DNA from: Paramoeba atlantica
Lineage: Eukaryota > Protista > Discosea
Reading direction: 5' to 3'
Length of the DNA: 64,000 bases
Assembly (NCBI GenBank): GCA_977017575.1
Contig: CDRNVI010000042.1
Coordinates: forward strand, 119,756 to 183,755
A program made the translations under genes and the position numbers. Under the pieces are notes generated by a model, which worked only from the letters and a program-made list of their open reading frames with translations, made no database searches and had not been told where the DNA came from. Below, piece by piece: positions 1 to 10,452 of this stretch. Every line of letters starts with the position of its first letter. Position 1 is the first letter of the stretch.

Positions 1-86
1 GAAATAAAGTACTTTATTAAAGTTTCCGCGAACCCTGGATAAGATTACTGATACTTGTTTTTTGATGCTTTCTATACTTTGTATGT

Positions 87-2135
87 ATGATAACGTTGAA
101 AAATAGAATTAAAGAATATGGCGTTTTATTGAGTGGGTTTTCCGAAACCTCCTATTACACGGCCGGGTGCATCCTTCATTATCGATCCCGAGGATTTCGT
201 GTGAAGAGATGGAGTGAAATAGTCTTCACTGATATTCAGATTCGGAATCGACTCATGTTGCTCTTTCTTTTATCGGACCTTCCTCAACGGAAGTTGGATC
301 TTGCCGATTTAGTCAAGCATCCTGAACAGGAGCACCATCAGAATCTTCTACACAGTATTTCCCGAGGCTACGAGACTACGTTCCTTCCAATACAATTGAC
401 GAATAGGAACCTAAGTAAAATTGATAATTGGAACGAGTATTGCTTAGGTCGCTCTTATCTAAATTTCGCTACGCCGAATGAAAGACAACAGCAAAATGCT
501 TTGCAACGTAAAAAAAGTACACATTCTCAACTGCCTTTAAGTGTGAGAGTGGTTGCCCTCTTGGTTTTAACTCCCGACGCATGCCCTATCCTATCACATG
601 TATTTCTAGGGGATGCTGATTCGCAAGTTGGTATAGAAAGTTGTTTGCCTCTAAAAGCAATTCAATACAGAACACTTATTCCTGCATTGAAGCATTTAGA
701 AATGCAGTGGAAAGCTAATGAAATCGTCATACGAAAAATTGCCTTGAGAAACATAGAAAATTCTGTAATTCGAATAACACATTCGAATTCTCTACAATCT
801 GAGATACTGCAAATAGTACATAATGTCGCGAGCACGTGTACACGTACTTTCCAAGGCCAGACCAGGTTACCCACAATGGACGAGAGGACAGACATATATT
901 TTATGGTTCGCGCGATGTCAATGTTATCCCTTCATCGATTACTGTATCCGAATGAAACATCGCCATCATTAACATCAGACACTCTTGAGGAAGTACTATG
1001 TGCGTGCGCTACGCATTTGTATGAGTGCGAATCGCTGGGCTTGTATGACAAATCAATGTTCAGCCTGACAATTCACATTTTTGAGGCACTTATGATTCTT
1101 CGTCGTGCAATCATTGCCTTAAGCAAAACTGATTCGCTCACAGAGCGGGAAAGTTTTTTGATAAAACGAATTAGCGAAGTAATAACAAAGAAAATAACAG
1201 ATTTACAAAAAGAGTTTAATTCAGGAGATCCCACTCTGGAAGAGTGCGTTGAATACTCACAATATGTCAACATTTGCTTTTCGGAAGGTTCGCCAAAATT
1301 ATCAAAAATAGCACTCATAATTTTCGATAGACTGCGTTTGACATACAAATCTGCGCAGCTTCGAGTCAAAGAGAGAGAACTAAACACGGAGAAGAAAGAC
1401 CCCAATAAGGACAATTTTATCGAATTCGTGAAGTTGCATGGGCTCATACTCCACGTCTATTACCAACGAATCTTGCTGGATGCTTTCGAGGAGACCGGGT
1501 GCACCAAGTATCTGGATGAAGCCTTGACTCTAGGCAATGTAATCGACGATGTCTTTTTCTTCACAGCAGCCTCTGTGAAAAAATTTCTTCCCAACATCCG
1601 TGCTAAGGGATACTATTGCGATCTCGCAGTCCGTGAAAGAATGTTTTTTCCCGTAGTACAGCACTGCGATGATATAAATCAGCCGTGTGCAGTTGCCGTA
1701 TTACTTCAGAATTTGCACCGTTTGAATCACATGCGCCATCCACTAAAATCTGAATACCGTGCGAAATTAAACACCTCCTTATCACATATAGTACCCATAA
1801 TAAAAAAGAATCCTGAAAAATATTTGCAGCTCATTCACTGTGCGTTGCTTTGTTCGAAGAGTCCTTTCCTTGTAATTGTTGCAAATAAAGGCAATACCCA
1901 CGAAGGACTTCGGAATATTATTGATGCTATTCCCACAAACAGATTGTCCATCATAATACGTAATACGAATCCGTCACACCCTGATTTTCTTCACCCATTC
2001 GCAATGCATCCCGTTTTTCGAAATATCACCATGTCTTCTTCAAACTTTGTTGTGTGTATTGGCGATACCGCTGTAGCCCACTGCGATTCAATATCTGAAC
2101 TGGAGGATGCGTTGCGAAAAGAGCGCAACATGTAA
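87..2135 (+). CDS. Divergent SPATA20/YyaL-like protein (helical barrel with thioredoxin-like ends), tentative
   Basis: 682-aa ORF. YLDEALTLGNVIDDVFF and DDINQPCAVAVLLQNLHRL resemble SPATA20 C-terminal motifs (YLxxAxxL...F and DGAxPSGNSVxAxNLLRL). Product inferred from recalled motifs. Confidence 0.5.
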   Translation: MITLKNRIKEYGVLLSGFSETSYYTAGCILHYRSRGFRVKRWSEIVFTDIQIRNRLMLLFLLSDLPQRKLDLADLVKHPEQEHHQNLLHSISRGYETTFLPIQLTNRNLSKIDNWNEYCLGRSYLNFATPNERQQQNALQRKKSTHSQLPLSVRVVALLVLTPDACPILSHVFLGDADSQVGIESCLPLKAIQYRTLIPALKHLEMQWKANEIVIRKIALRNIENSVIRITHSNSLQSEILQIVHNVASTCTRTFQGQTRLPTMDERTDIYFMVRAMSMLSLHRLLYPNETSPSLTSDTLEEVLCACATHLYECESLGLYDKSMFSLTIHIFEALMILRRAIIALSKTDSLTERESFLIKRISEVITKKITDLQKEFNSGDPTLEECVEYSQYVNICFSEGSPKLSKIALIIFDRLRLTYKSAQLRVKERELNTEKKDPNKDNFIEFVKLHGLILHVYYQRILLDAFEETGCTKYLDEALTLGNVIDDVFFFTAASVKKFLPNIRAKGYYCDLAVRERMFFPVVQHCDDINQPCAVAVLLQNLHRLNHMRHPLKSEYRAKLNTSLSHIVPIIKKNPEKYLQLIHCALLCSKSPFLVIVANKGNTHEGLRNIIDAIPTNRLSIIIRNTNPSHPDFLHPFAMHPVFRNITMSSSNFVVCIGDTAVAHCDSISELEDALRKERNM

Positions 2136-2517
2136 TTTCCAATTTGACCTAACGTTTACATACCAGAAGGAGTAGCGTTATTTTTACACATGATTCTTCT
2201 CTACTAGAAAAATATCGTGAAACGGAGCTTTCCTGTGCCAACCAAAACATTCTAAACGTACTCCATTAAACGTACTCCATTCGGACGCCACATTAACTCC
2301 CTAATCCCCTCGACATTATCGTAAGAGATCCACGTATTGCGGACCGGACAAGAAATTCGAGAGTTCACTTGCCATCCTCTTTCCATACGACAACTGTTTA
2401 ATATGAATCTCCTTTCTACTTCTCTGTAGAAGTGGTATGGCTAGAATTCCATTATCAAACATTTGTAATCTCAAACATTAACTTTAGAAAGGTATACTAT
2501 ATCTTTAGCGGGTCTTA

Positions 2518-4023
2518 ATGGAGCCTGATGAGGCGCGTGCCATAGAGCATCTTCGTCGTCTGTTATGCAGTACCGAGCAACAGGATAATTTGATATTTTT
2601 AGACAACAGCGCTTTAGAAAATCAGAGGTTGATTGCCCAACAGTTAATTAGATACCCGTCCCTGTTAGAGTGGGAAAAAATATGTTCGCTGTACCAACTT
2701 ACTCAGAATAAAGATTCATGTTCTCCAGCGCTGGAGAAAGTCGCTCCATTTGATTCAATGATACGTGAGCGGACTGCAGGAGTAGAAAAAGATTGTAACT
2801 GGAAAGTGGGAATACATCTTGTTCAAGAAGGTCGTTCGGCTGTATGCATACTCGCTGGAGGTATGGGAACACGATTAGGATCCAACATGCCTAAGGGCAT
2901 GTTACCATTATCCGGACTTTTGTCACATGACTCAGTATTCGCTTTCATAATGAAGAAAATACGCCGTGTAAAACATCTTGCCGATGCTTCGACCACTCCA
3001 CTTCCCGTTCTTATAATGACAAGCGACGCGACTCACGACCTGACAAAACATTTTTTTGAAGTTCATAACTTTTTTGACCTCAATCCGGACCATATTCATT
3101 TTGTAGAGCAGTCTATGCTACCGTGCTTCACCATTAAAAATGGCACACCTCAGTACGTATTCGATACCTCATCGATAGCCATGTCACCCTGTGGTAATGG
3201 TGATCTCTACGCGACACTGGCTCGCTCTGGAATGCTGTGCAAGCTTAAGGAGGAGTACAACACGGAGTATCTCCATATTTTAAATGTAGACAACCCACTC
3301 GCTCGGGTAGCCGATCCCTATCTCTCCGGCTACATGAAGGCAAATAACTTAGACTTCGCGGCCAAGTATGTGGGCCGTGAAGACCCCAGTGAGTCCGTGG
3401 GTGTGTTTGTGGTAAGTCGAAGGCGAGATTGTGAAAAAGGGGTTTCTGCGGCTCCCGATGAATACTCAATATGGAAATGTCATGTTGCTGAATATACGGA
3501 GCTTGATAAGGCCAGTCAACAGAAACGGAAACCCAACGGAGAGTTTTATTATTTGTGCGCGAATATTGGCATGTATTGTGTAAGCATGAAACTGGTTCTT
3601 TCCCTTTGCGGTGATTCCTTAGGACGTCCTTCTGTAAATTTGCCCATGCATTTAGCTACGAAGAGACACCCTACTCAGCGGAGTGAAACAGGTTTTGTGA
3701 ACATCGTTAAATTAGAGTCGTATGTATTTGATATCATTTCTTATGCGAAGCACGTTGGACTTCTAAACGTCGAACGCTGTGAAGAATTTAGTCCAGTGAA
3801 GTGCGCGGATTCGACTAACACGATTGAATGTAACACACCCAGAAGGGCTGCAGAGGACATCATGTCCCTTCACGAAAGCTGGTTGAGAGCGGTCGGAGCC
3901 ATTATTATACCCAATAATGATGGTATTTATCGAGTTGAAATCTCACCTTTGATAAGCTACGACGGCGAGGGGCTAGAAAAATACAAAGGCAGACAAATTA
4001 GTTCTCCTTGTTATTTGAATTAA
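2518..4023 (+). CDS. UAP1: UDP-N-acetylglucosamine pyrophosphorylase
   Basis: LAGGMGTRLG..PKG, PCGNGDLY, NVDNPL..DP, KLESYVFD and EFSPVK motifs. Confidence 0.92.
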   Translation: MEPDEARAIEHLRRLLCSTEQQDNLIFLDNSALENQRLIAQQLIRYPSLLEWEKICSLYQLTQNKDSCSPALEKVAPFDSMIRERTAGVEKDCNWKVGIHLVQEGRSAVCILAGGMGTRLGSNMPKGMLPLSGLLSHDSVFAFIMKKIRRVKHLADASTTPLPVLIMTSDATHDLTKHFFEVHNFFDLNPDHIHFVEQSMLPCFTIKNGTPQYVFDTSSIAMSPCGNGDLYATLARSGMLCKLKEEYNTEYLHILNVDNPLARVADPYLSGYMKANNLDFAAKYVGREDPSESVGVFVVSRRRDCEKGVSAAPDEYSIWKCHVAEYTELDKASQQKRKPNGEFYYLCANIGMYCVSMKLVLSLCGDSLGRPSVNLPMHLATKRHPTQRSETGFVNIVKLESYVFDIISYAKHVGLLNVERCEEFSPVKCADSTNTIECNTPRRAAEDIMSLHESWLRAVGAIIIPNNDGIYRVEISPLISYDGEGLEKYKGRQISSPCYLN

Positions 4024-4483
4024 GAATTCCTTTATTCGCTGCTAGATGTTCGGGTACGTATCTACTTCGTTGACGGGTCAAGCAAATGGCATCCACTTCG
4101 TTGACAGTCGGATTTACTTTCAGTAATGCTCTTTTTTGGGGAAAAAGTCCCTTTTCACCCTTTTTATTCTACTGTAGCATTGAAATCACATCAACGAATC
4201 TTGAATTGTATTCCAATCTTCACTCTCCTTCAAAGTCATGTTATATGTCTTAGTAGTCTTCATCCCTCTCTACTTCATCTTTTTCCACTTCATCTCTTAC
4301 AGACATTAGCGCCAACATTTAGCGCCAAGTGGCAGGACTCGTGGTAGCCAAGTGGCATTCGTACTCCCTCCTTTGTAACAAACCTATATAAACCTATACC
4401 TTACTTATACCTTTCGTGCTATGATTCACGACTCGATGTTTTCATAGTTCGATTTGTTTTTATAGATTTGAGAAATTTTATCG

Positions 4484-7400
4484 TTGGAAAAGAGCATGCC
4501 TTCGAAAAGGAAAGTGTCAACGCCGAAGGCGAAAAGCATAGGTGCGAAGAAAGAAATGAGCCCCGAAAAACGATCAACGAAGGCACGAGCAAAGAAAACG
4601 ACACAGCCTAACAATGATGTGGAAGCAAAAAAGGAAACCCGAAAGCGGACAAGTCCGCAACCAGAGTCTAGTAACGTGGAACCAAGAGAAAAACCGACAA
4701 AAAAGAAAGAGCCCCATAAGAGCGGATCAAAATCACACACAGAGAAAGATGGGTGTTCCAACACAGACGAAGACGTACGATCTATTGTCGTGAGTGCGTT
4801 TCAAAAAGCTCAACGCACTTCGGGATCTCATAACGCTCAGCGGAAAGTGTGTATGAAACTTCGCGCCTCCCTCTCTCACTCCGGCCTACTTACGCACACC
4901 ATGTCTTCCTTCCTACTTCGGCTCTACACGGAGGTCTCCTCCTTACCCACAGACGCTATGAATCGACTGATGAGTTTCCTACGTGACTATGTGCTGGAAT
5001 GTCACCGTGAAGACAAAAACGACAACGAGGGGGTGGCTCTAATTGAGTTCTTCCTGCCCTATGAGAACGCGATGGAGAAACACACACGGCTACGTGTGCT
5101 TCACACGCTCCACACCCTTCTGGAGACCCTGGACTATCGCCAGTCCCGTCACGCGCTCTATGACACTCTCGTTGATATCCTGAGGCGTAGGATCCATGAT
5201 AAGGCCCCCGCAGTGGCTGAGCGGGCGGTAAAAACTTGTGCATGTTTTATTTCCCAGGAGGATGTGGTACAGCATCTATTGGGAGTGCTGTGCTCCCATG
5301 AGAGCTCGGCGGTACGCGCTGCAGCCGTCGCGGCGCTCACCCAACACCCTCCGAATGACACAGCGGTGGTACCGCACGTGCTGCGCTGTGTGCGGGACGT
5401 AAGCGCTGTGGTGCGTCGTGAGGCATGGGAGGGGCTGGGGCGGCTGAAATGGAACCGATTTGTGGCGTACTCCGGGGACCAGGTACTGTTTTATCTCCAC
5501 CATGGACTGCAAGAGACCTCCACGGCGCTGCGTACTGCGGTAGCGACCACCGTGCTCTCCTCCTGGACTACTCGGGATAACCACAATGATATTGATGCTA
5601 TGCTCGCCCCGATGGATCTGTCGAATTACACTCACGTGGACACGGTGGTGGGTCGGCTGCTGGCGCATGTCGCACGGATTGAGCCCAGCTGCGGACGTGT
5701 GCCTTTGCGGTTGACAAAACTCACCACACAAAACACGCTGTTGTGGCGATTGTCGGTGGATAGCTGGAATGAGGCCCCCAGGGTTAAGGAGACCGCGTCC
5801 GAGAGCACGACAAAGAGTACCGGCGAGGTGTACGACATGAAGATTGGTGATTACATTTCTCTTTTGCATGGTATTGCGATTCAAATCCATGATCCGAGCA
5901 AGGAGTGTGTGGCGGGGGACGTTCCCATCCATATACTGGACTTTGAAAACCAAAGCCTCTCCATTGTTCGAGAGTTACTTTTAACACTTCCATTATTTGA
6001 AAGCCGTGGGCTTTTACAAACTGCTACGGATAAGGATCGCTCGAAGTTACGCACAACGTTTGCTTTACTGTTCACAGCTGCCGTGGAAGACGACGCTCGA
6101 ATTCTAGTAAAGGAGTGCATGCATTCCGCTCCACTGGTGATGCAGCAGGATGACTTAGTGGCGCTGCTAACACATAGTTTAGAGCGATTGTACAGTCACC
6201 TGGGCGTCGTGTCCCGAAACCGAATCTGTCTGGACGACGTAGAAGCCTACATTCAAGCCGAATCGAAGAGAGGTTCGGTGAAGGCGTCTCGAATTTCTCC
6301 CGAAGTTGAACGTGAAATTGAGGTCGATACCGTATACCTGCTACGAATGGCATACATTGTACATTGCTGGCTCGGTATTCATCGAAAGAAGGGGGTCTCC
6401 ATTCCGAGCACATTTTTACAGATTTTGAAGCTTTGTCGAGAGAGCTCACTCTCGTCTGACGTTAAGGCACAGGCCATACGTGCGACGGCAATGGTGTGTT
6501 TTCTTCATGCCGACACCGTAAGTACCTTCTTTAATGTGATTCACAAGAACCTTCACGATTCTCACAGCACCATATCGAGCGCTTCAGCGGAGGCTATTAT
6601 CGATCTCATGTGCGAGTACGGAGTAAAAATATTTATGCCCACAACAACGAAAAGTGATAGCGCGGCTCTTGTAGCTGAAAGAGAAGCCACCTCCCAGGAA
6701 CTCTACGCCAAACTCCTCAATGAGCTCTTGCAGGGCGACAAAAACCAACTCCCCATCCACGTCGGGATCTGCAAACTCCTCTCCTGTGGCCGAATTAAAG
6801 TCGAGGACAGCACGGCAGTAATGACCCCCCTGCTCGAGCACCTTTTCCGCCAACAATTTCTCCAAGACAAAACCCACAAACACCACCCCGAGGACCTACG
6901 CTCGATCCAATGCCTGGACACGTTCTTCACCCTCTACGCCCACTCCCACCCCCGCCGCATGTACGCCGTCGCCCAATCCGCCATCGCGGTCCTCCAATCC
7001 CTCCTCCCCCACCCCGCACTCACCCGTCAAGACTTCCGCAAAATCTGGCAACGCATCCTCTACCTCACCGATGCCTGGCACCTCTCCTGTGTCCGCCAAC
7101 TCGACCCCGAGGCCTCCGTGAAATACTCCCTCTCCCGCGAGGGCGAACCCCCCCACAGTGAGGACGAACTCGACAACAACAACAACAACAACACGCTTCC
7201 CCCCCACACGAACCGTACCCGCGCCCACTCCCCCTACCCCTACCCCTCCCCCTACGGCCGCTCCCTCTCCCGCGAGCTCTCCCGGTGCAGCTGCCACGAG
7301 CGCCTCACGCTCGCGATGCTCATCGAGGCCCTGTGCCTTCCCCGGCCCGTGGCCGCGGCCCGGGTCCTCCCCGGGCTCACCGCGATCCGGGTCTATAAGC

Positions 7401-8302
7401 GGGACCCGGTGCTGCTGGCGCAGCTGCGGGTGGCCGCGCTGCGGTGCGTGGGGGGGGTGGCCGCGGGGAGTGCGGAGCTGCAGCGGCCGCTGCGGGCACT
7501 GCTGCGCGCGCTGGGGAGGGTGGAGGGGGGGGAGGGGGGGGTGGAGCCGGGGAGGCAACAGGGACAGGGGGAAGGGGGGGAGGGGGTAGAGGGGACACGG
7601 GAGGGGTCGGGGGTAAGGGGGAACGGGGGTAAGGGGGTAGAGGGGTACCCTGGGGGGACACGGGAGGGGTCGGGGGGGAGGGGGAACGGGGGTAAGGGGG
7701 TGGAGGGGTACCCTGGGGGGACACGGGAGGGGTCGGGGGTAAGGGGGGACGGGTGGGGGGTGGATTATGGTGTGGCTACGTATTTGTCCTCCCGTGCGGT
7801 GTCGGTGGCGACGACACGGAATATGGAGGATACGGTAACCGCGATGGTGGAGATGAGGATGGGGAGGGGGAGGGGGGTGTTGGGGGTTTCGCGAAAGGGG
7901 GTGAAGGAGGTGGGGGGAGAGAAGGAGGACAGGGTAAAAGATGAGGATGCGGAAGAGGAAACGGTGTTGAGTGGGAAGAGACGAGGGGTGGCGGCGGGGA
8001 AGGAGGATGGAGATTCTGTGGGGACGAAGAAGGTATCGGGCAAGAAAGCGGCAAGTGTGGCGAAGTCTCCGCGTTCGTCTCGCAGTTCTATACGGGAGAG
8101 TGCAAAGTCAGCCTCTCAGCGGAGTTCATTGCGGAAGGGATCACAGGAGATAAGTCCACGAAGAAAAGGAGAGCAAAGTTTTTCATCAGCTCCGTCTCCA
8201 ATGTCTACGCATTCCATGAGTACGAGGAGTAGTAGAAAAGGTGCGACGGCGTGTGAAGAAGTTTTCGTATCATCGCAGAGAAGTACAAGGAAAGGTAGAT
8301 GA
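4484..8302 (+). CDS. NCAPG: Condensin non-SMC subunit G (CAP-G/Ycg1) with long low-complexity tails
   Basis: HEAT-like repeats. N-terminal AFQKAQRTSGSH and Cnd3-like AEAIIDLMCEYG, GICKLL and QCLDTFFTLYAHSH. Confidence 0.78.
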   Translation: MEKSMPSKRKVSTPKAKSIGAKKEMSPEKRSTKARAKKTTQPNNDVEAKKETRKRTSPQPESSNVEPREKPTKKKEPHKSGSKSHTEKDGCSNTDEDVRSIVVSAFQKAQRTSGSHNAQRKVCMKLRASLSHSGLLTHTMSSFLLRLYTEVSSLPTDAMNRLMSFLRDYVLECHREDKNDNEGVALIEFFLPYENAMEKHTRLRVLHTLHTLLETLDYRQSRHALYDTLVDILRRRIHDKAPAVAERAVKTCACFISQEDVVQHLLGVLCSHESSAVRAAAVAALTQHPPNDTAVVPHVLRCVRDVSAVVRREAWEGLGRLKWNRFVAYSGDQVLFYLHHGLQETSTALRTAVATTVLSSWTTRDNHNDIDAMLAPMDLSNYTHVDTVVGRLLAHVARIEPSCGRVPLRLTKLTTQNTLLWRLSVDSWNEAPRVKETASESTTKSTGEVYDMKIGDYISLLHGIAIQIHDPSKECVAGDVPIHILDFENQSLSIVRELLLTLPLFESRGLLQTATDKDRSKLRTTFALLFTAAVEDDARILVKECMHSAPLVMQQDDLVALLTHSLERLYSHLGVVSRNRICLDDVEAYIQAESKRGSVKASRISPEVEREIEVDTVYLLRMAYIVHCWLGIHRKKGVSIPSTFLQILKLCRESSLSSDVKAQAIRATAMVCFLHADTVSTFFNVIHKNLHDSHSTISSASAEAIIDLMCEYGVKIFMPTTTKSDSAALVAEREATSQELYAKLLNELLQGDKNQLPIHVGICKLLSCGRIKVEDSTAVMTPLLEHLFRQQFLQDKTHKHHPEDLRSIQCLDTFFTLYAHSHPRRMYAVAQSAIAVLQSLLPHPALTRQDFRKIWQRILYLTDAWHLSCVRQLDPEASVKYSLSREGEPPHSEDELDNNNNNNTLPPHTNRTRAHSPYPYPSPYGRSLSRELSRCSCHERLTLAMLIEALCLPRPVAAARVLPGLTAIRVYKRDPVLLAQLRVAALRCVGGVAAGSAELQRPLRALLRALGRVEGGEGGVEPGRQQGQGEGGEGVEGTREGSGVRGNGGKGVEGYPGGTREGSGGRGNGGKGVEGYPGGTREGSGVRGDGWGVDYGVATYLSSRAVSVATTRNMEDTVTAMVEMRMGRGRGVLGVSRKGVKEVGGEKEDRVKDEDAEEETVLSGKRRGVAAGKEDGDSVGTKKVSGKKAASVAKSPRSSRSSIRESAKSASQRSSLRKGSQEISPRRKGEQSFSSAPSPMSTHSMSTRSSRKGATACEEVFVSSQRSTRKGR
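7580..7752 (+). repeat. G-rich 63-bp tandem repeat (~2.7 copies) inside the CAP-G ORF
   Basis: The ACACGGGAGGGGTCGGGGG anchor recurs at 7595, 7658 and 7721 and encodes GTREGSGxRGNGGKGVEGYPG. Confidence 0.9.
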
Positions 8303-8631
8303 ATTAATGTTTTTTGTTCATGTAGCATTAGCCACGTGTAGATCAATCACGTCACGGAGTGCGTATAGTGTGTTCACCATCTTGTACATATCACTAGTTG
8401 TATAAACAAAATTCCTGTACGTTTGTTTGTTTTTTACCATCGTACAGGAGTTCAGTACTCCTAGGGATTTATAGCTTCATAGATCAGAAGAGAAGGTAAC
8501 ATTTGATTGAGTCCGAATTTCGATCTCCTTATGCACCCATTTCTATGCCTTATGCACCCAATTTCTATTGAATTCTGCAGAATATGATTTGACTTTGATA
8601 GATCAAGCTTGCCGATTCATATTCTTGTCTG

Positions 8632-10269
8632 TTGCTTCAGAAACCAATAGTTCTGATGACAGTCTGCTACTTCTGCGAAGTATCTCGTTCTCCGGAGTGG
8701 AGAAAACTTGAGTACCTTAGTGTGATCCGGGATCGCCAGATTCCAAGCCAACGATTTCACAAACGCATGCAACACGAGGAGAGTTTCCGGATTGCGCTCC
8801 CGTCTTTTGAGAAGGAAGCGAATTTAATAAAAGTTCAATGCAGTACTACTATTGACGAGGAAATATTGAATGCTCTATTTGACTTGGCGCGTGCCAGGGG
8901 GATCTCTCACGAGCTTGACAGACTTTCAGCGGGCGAAAATATGAACACAACCGAAGATCGCGCAGTGTCTCATGTTGCACTTCGACGCATAATTCGAACT
9001 CGAAAAGAAAACTTAGGGAAAGCTCCACAAATTGCATGGTTTCCAGAGCTCCGCGATTTCTGCGAATCCATTCGCAATGGTTCTCGTCTCACCTACACCC
9101 GTGAGACGTTCTCCCATGTCGTTCATATCGGTATTGGCGGCAGCGAGTGGGGCCCACGACTGCTATGCGATGCGCTCCAACATGACATACATGGCCTCAC
9201 TCCGTATTTTGTTTCCAATACGGGAGGACAGTCTCTTGTGGATGTGTTAAATCAAGTCACTCTCTCCCGTACACTTTTTGTAGTATGCACCAAGACGTTT
9301 ACGACCGTCGAAGTCCTAGCCAATGCTTTAGATGCGCTAAGTGCCCTACAAAATACGAATCTTGGTTCCTCTTTTCCTGTTCCTTTGCGATCTCAATTGC
9401 TAGCGTCTCACTTTGTGGCGGTTACCTCAAATATGGAGAAGGCGTCTGCGTTTGGTATTCCCCAAAATTCAGTATTTCTGCTTGACGAAGGTATCGGGGG
9501 TCGGTACAGTGTGTGGAGCGCCATCAGCCTTACCGCTGCGTTATGTCTTGGATTCCACCGATTCGATCAATTTCTTCATGGAGGCTTCGCGATGGATGAA
9601 CATATTCGGCAAGCCCCTTTACGGGGGAACGTTCCGGTTCTTTTATCTCTTTTGGATGTGTGGTATCAAAACTTTCTCGGGGCTTCTACCCATGCTGTGC
9701 TTCCCTACCACACCCGACTACGATTTCTTGTGCCCTACTTGCAGCAGTTGGAAATGGAGTCCAACGGGAAGAGAGTATGTAAGTGTTCGCATGGCTCTGT
9801 TGTCCATACTGGACCTGTGCTTTGGGGTGGCGTGGGAACGAATGCCCAGCATACGTTTCTACAACACGTTCACCAAGGCACACGGCTGATTCCGTGCGAT
9901 TTTATAGCAGTGGTGAACCCCATCGAAAATTCGAGCGAAACTGTCAGAAAAAGGCACCAAAGTTTACTCAATCATTGTGCTGCGCAGGTGAAGGCGCTGC
10001 GAATCGGTACGACGGATGACCATCTCCCAATGTACAAACAAGTAGTTGGAGCCAAACCATCAAACGTGATCATACTTGGCTCGCTCACTCCGGCAGCACT
10101 AGGAGCACTTCTGGCGCTTTATGAGTACAAAACTTTTGTGTCGGGCGTTTTATGGGGCATTAACTCTTTTGACCAATGGGGTGTGAATGTCGGCAAGTCG
10201 CTTGCCACAGAAATTGAAGATGAAACGAACGCTAGAACGAAAAATCGGTGGGGGAAATCACATTTATAG
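8632..10269 (+). CDS. PGI: Glucose-6-phosphate isomerase with C-terminal PTS1 (-SHL); first ATG at 8656
   Basis: GIGGS..GP, GGRYSVWS, QQLEMESNGK, GTNAQH and INSFDQWGV..GK motifs; ends KSHL. Confidence 0.95.
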   Translation: MLQKPIVLMTVCYFCEVSRSPEWRKLEYLSVIRDRQIPSQRFHKRMQHEESFRIALPSFEKEANLIKVQCSTTIDEEILNALFDLARARGISHELDRLSAGENMNTTEDRAVSHVALRRIIRTRKENLGKAPQIAWFPELRDFCESIRNGSRLTYTRETFSHVVHIGIGGSEWGPRLLCDALQHDIHGLTPYFVSNTGGQSLVDVLNQVTLSRTLFVVCTKTFTTVEVLANALDALSALQNTNLGSSFPVPLRSQLLASHFVAVTSNMEKASAFGIPQNSVFLLDEGIGGRYSVWSAISLTAALCLGFHRFDQFLHGGFAMDEHIRQAPLRGNVPVLLSLLDVWYQNFLGASTHAVLPYHTRLRFLVPYLQQLEMESNGKRVCKCSHGSVVHTGPVLWGGVGTNAQHTFLQHVHQGTRLIPCDFIAVVNPIENSSETVRKRHQSLLNHCAAQVKALRIGTTDDHLPMYKQVVGAKPSNVIILGSLTPAALGALLALYEYKTFVSGVLWGINSFDQWGVNVGKSLATEIEDETNARTKNRWGKSHL

Positions 10270-10452
10270 AAAATACAATAAATTGGAAAGACTATGGAAG
10301 ACATGTACGTGTAGATTGTAGATGACGGCCTATTATTGGGAGAGACTCGAGATATCTGTATATTTTTGACTACACTACTTTCCCTTTTTCGGTTCTTTAG
10401 GTACTGTCATAATGTATGACGAATTGGTCAGAAGATAGCAGCCAACATTCTA

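Noticed and set aside
6896-8054. Many Pro/Gly-rich alternative-frame ORFs over the CAP-G gene
   Set aside because: Expected by-product of extreme C/G skew with few stop codons
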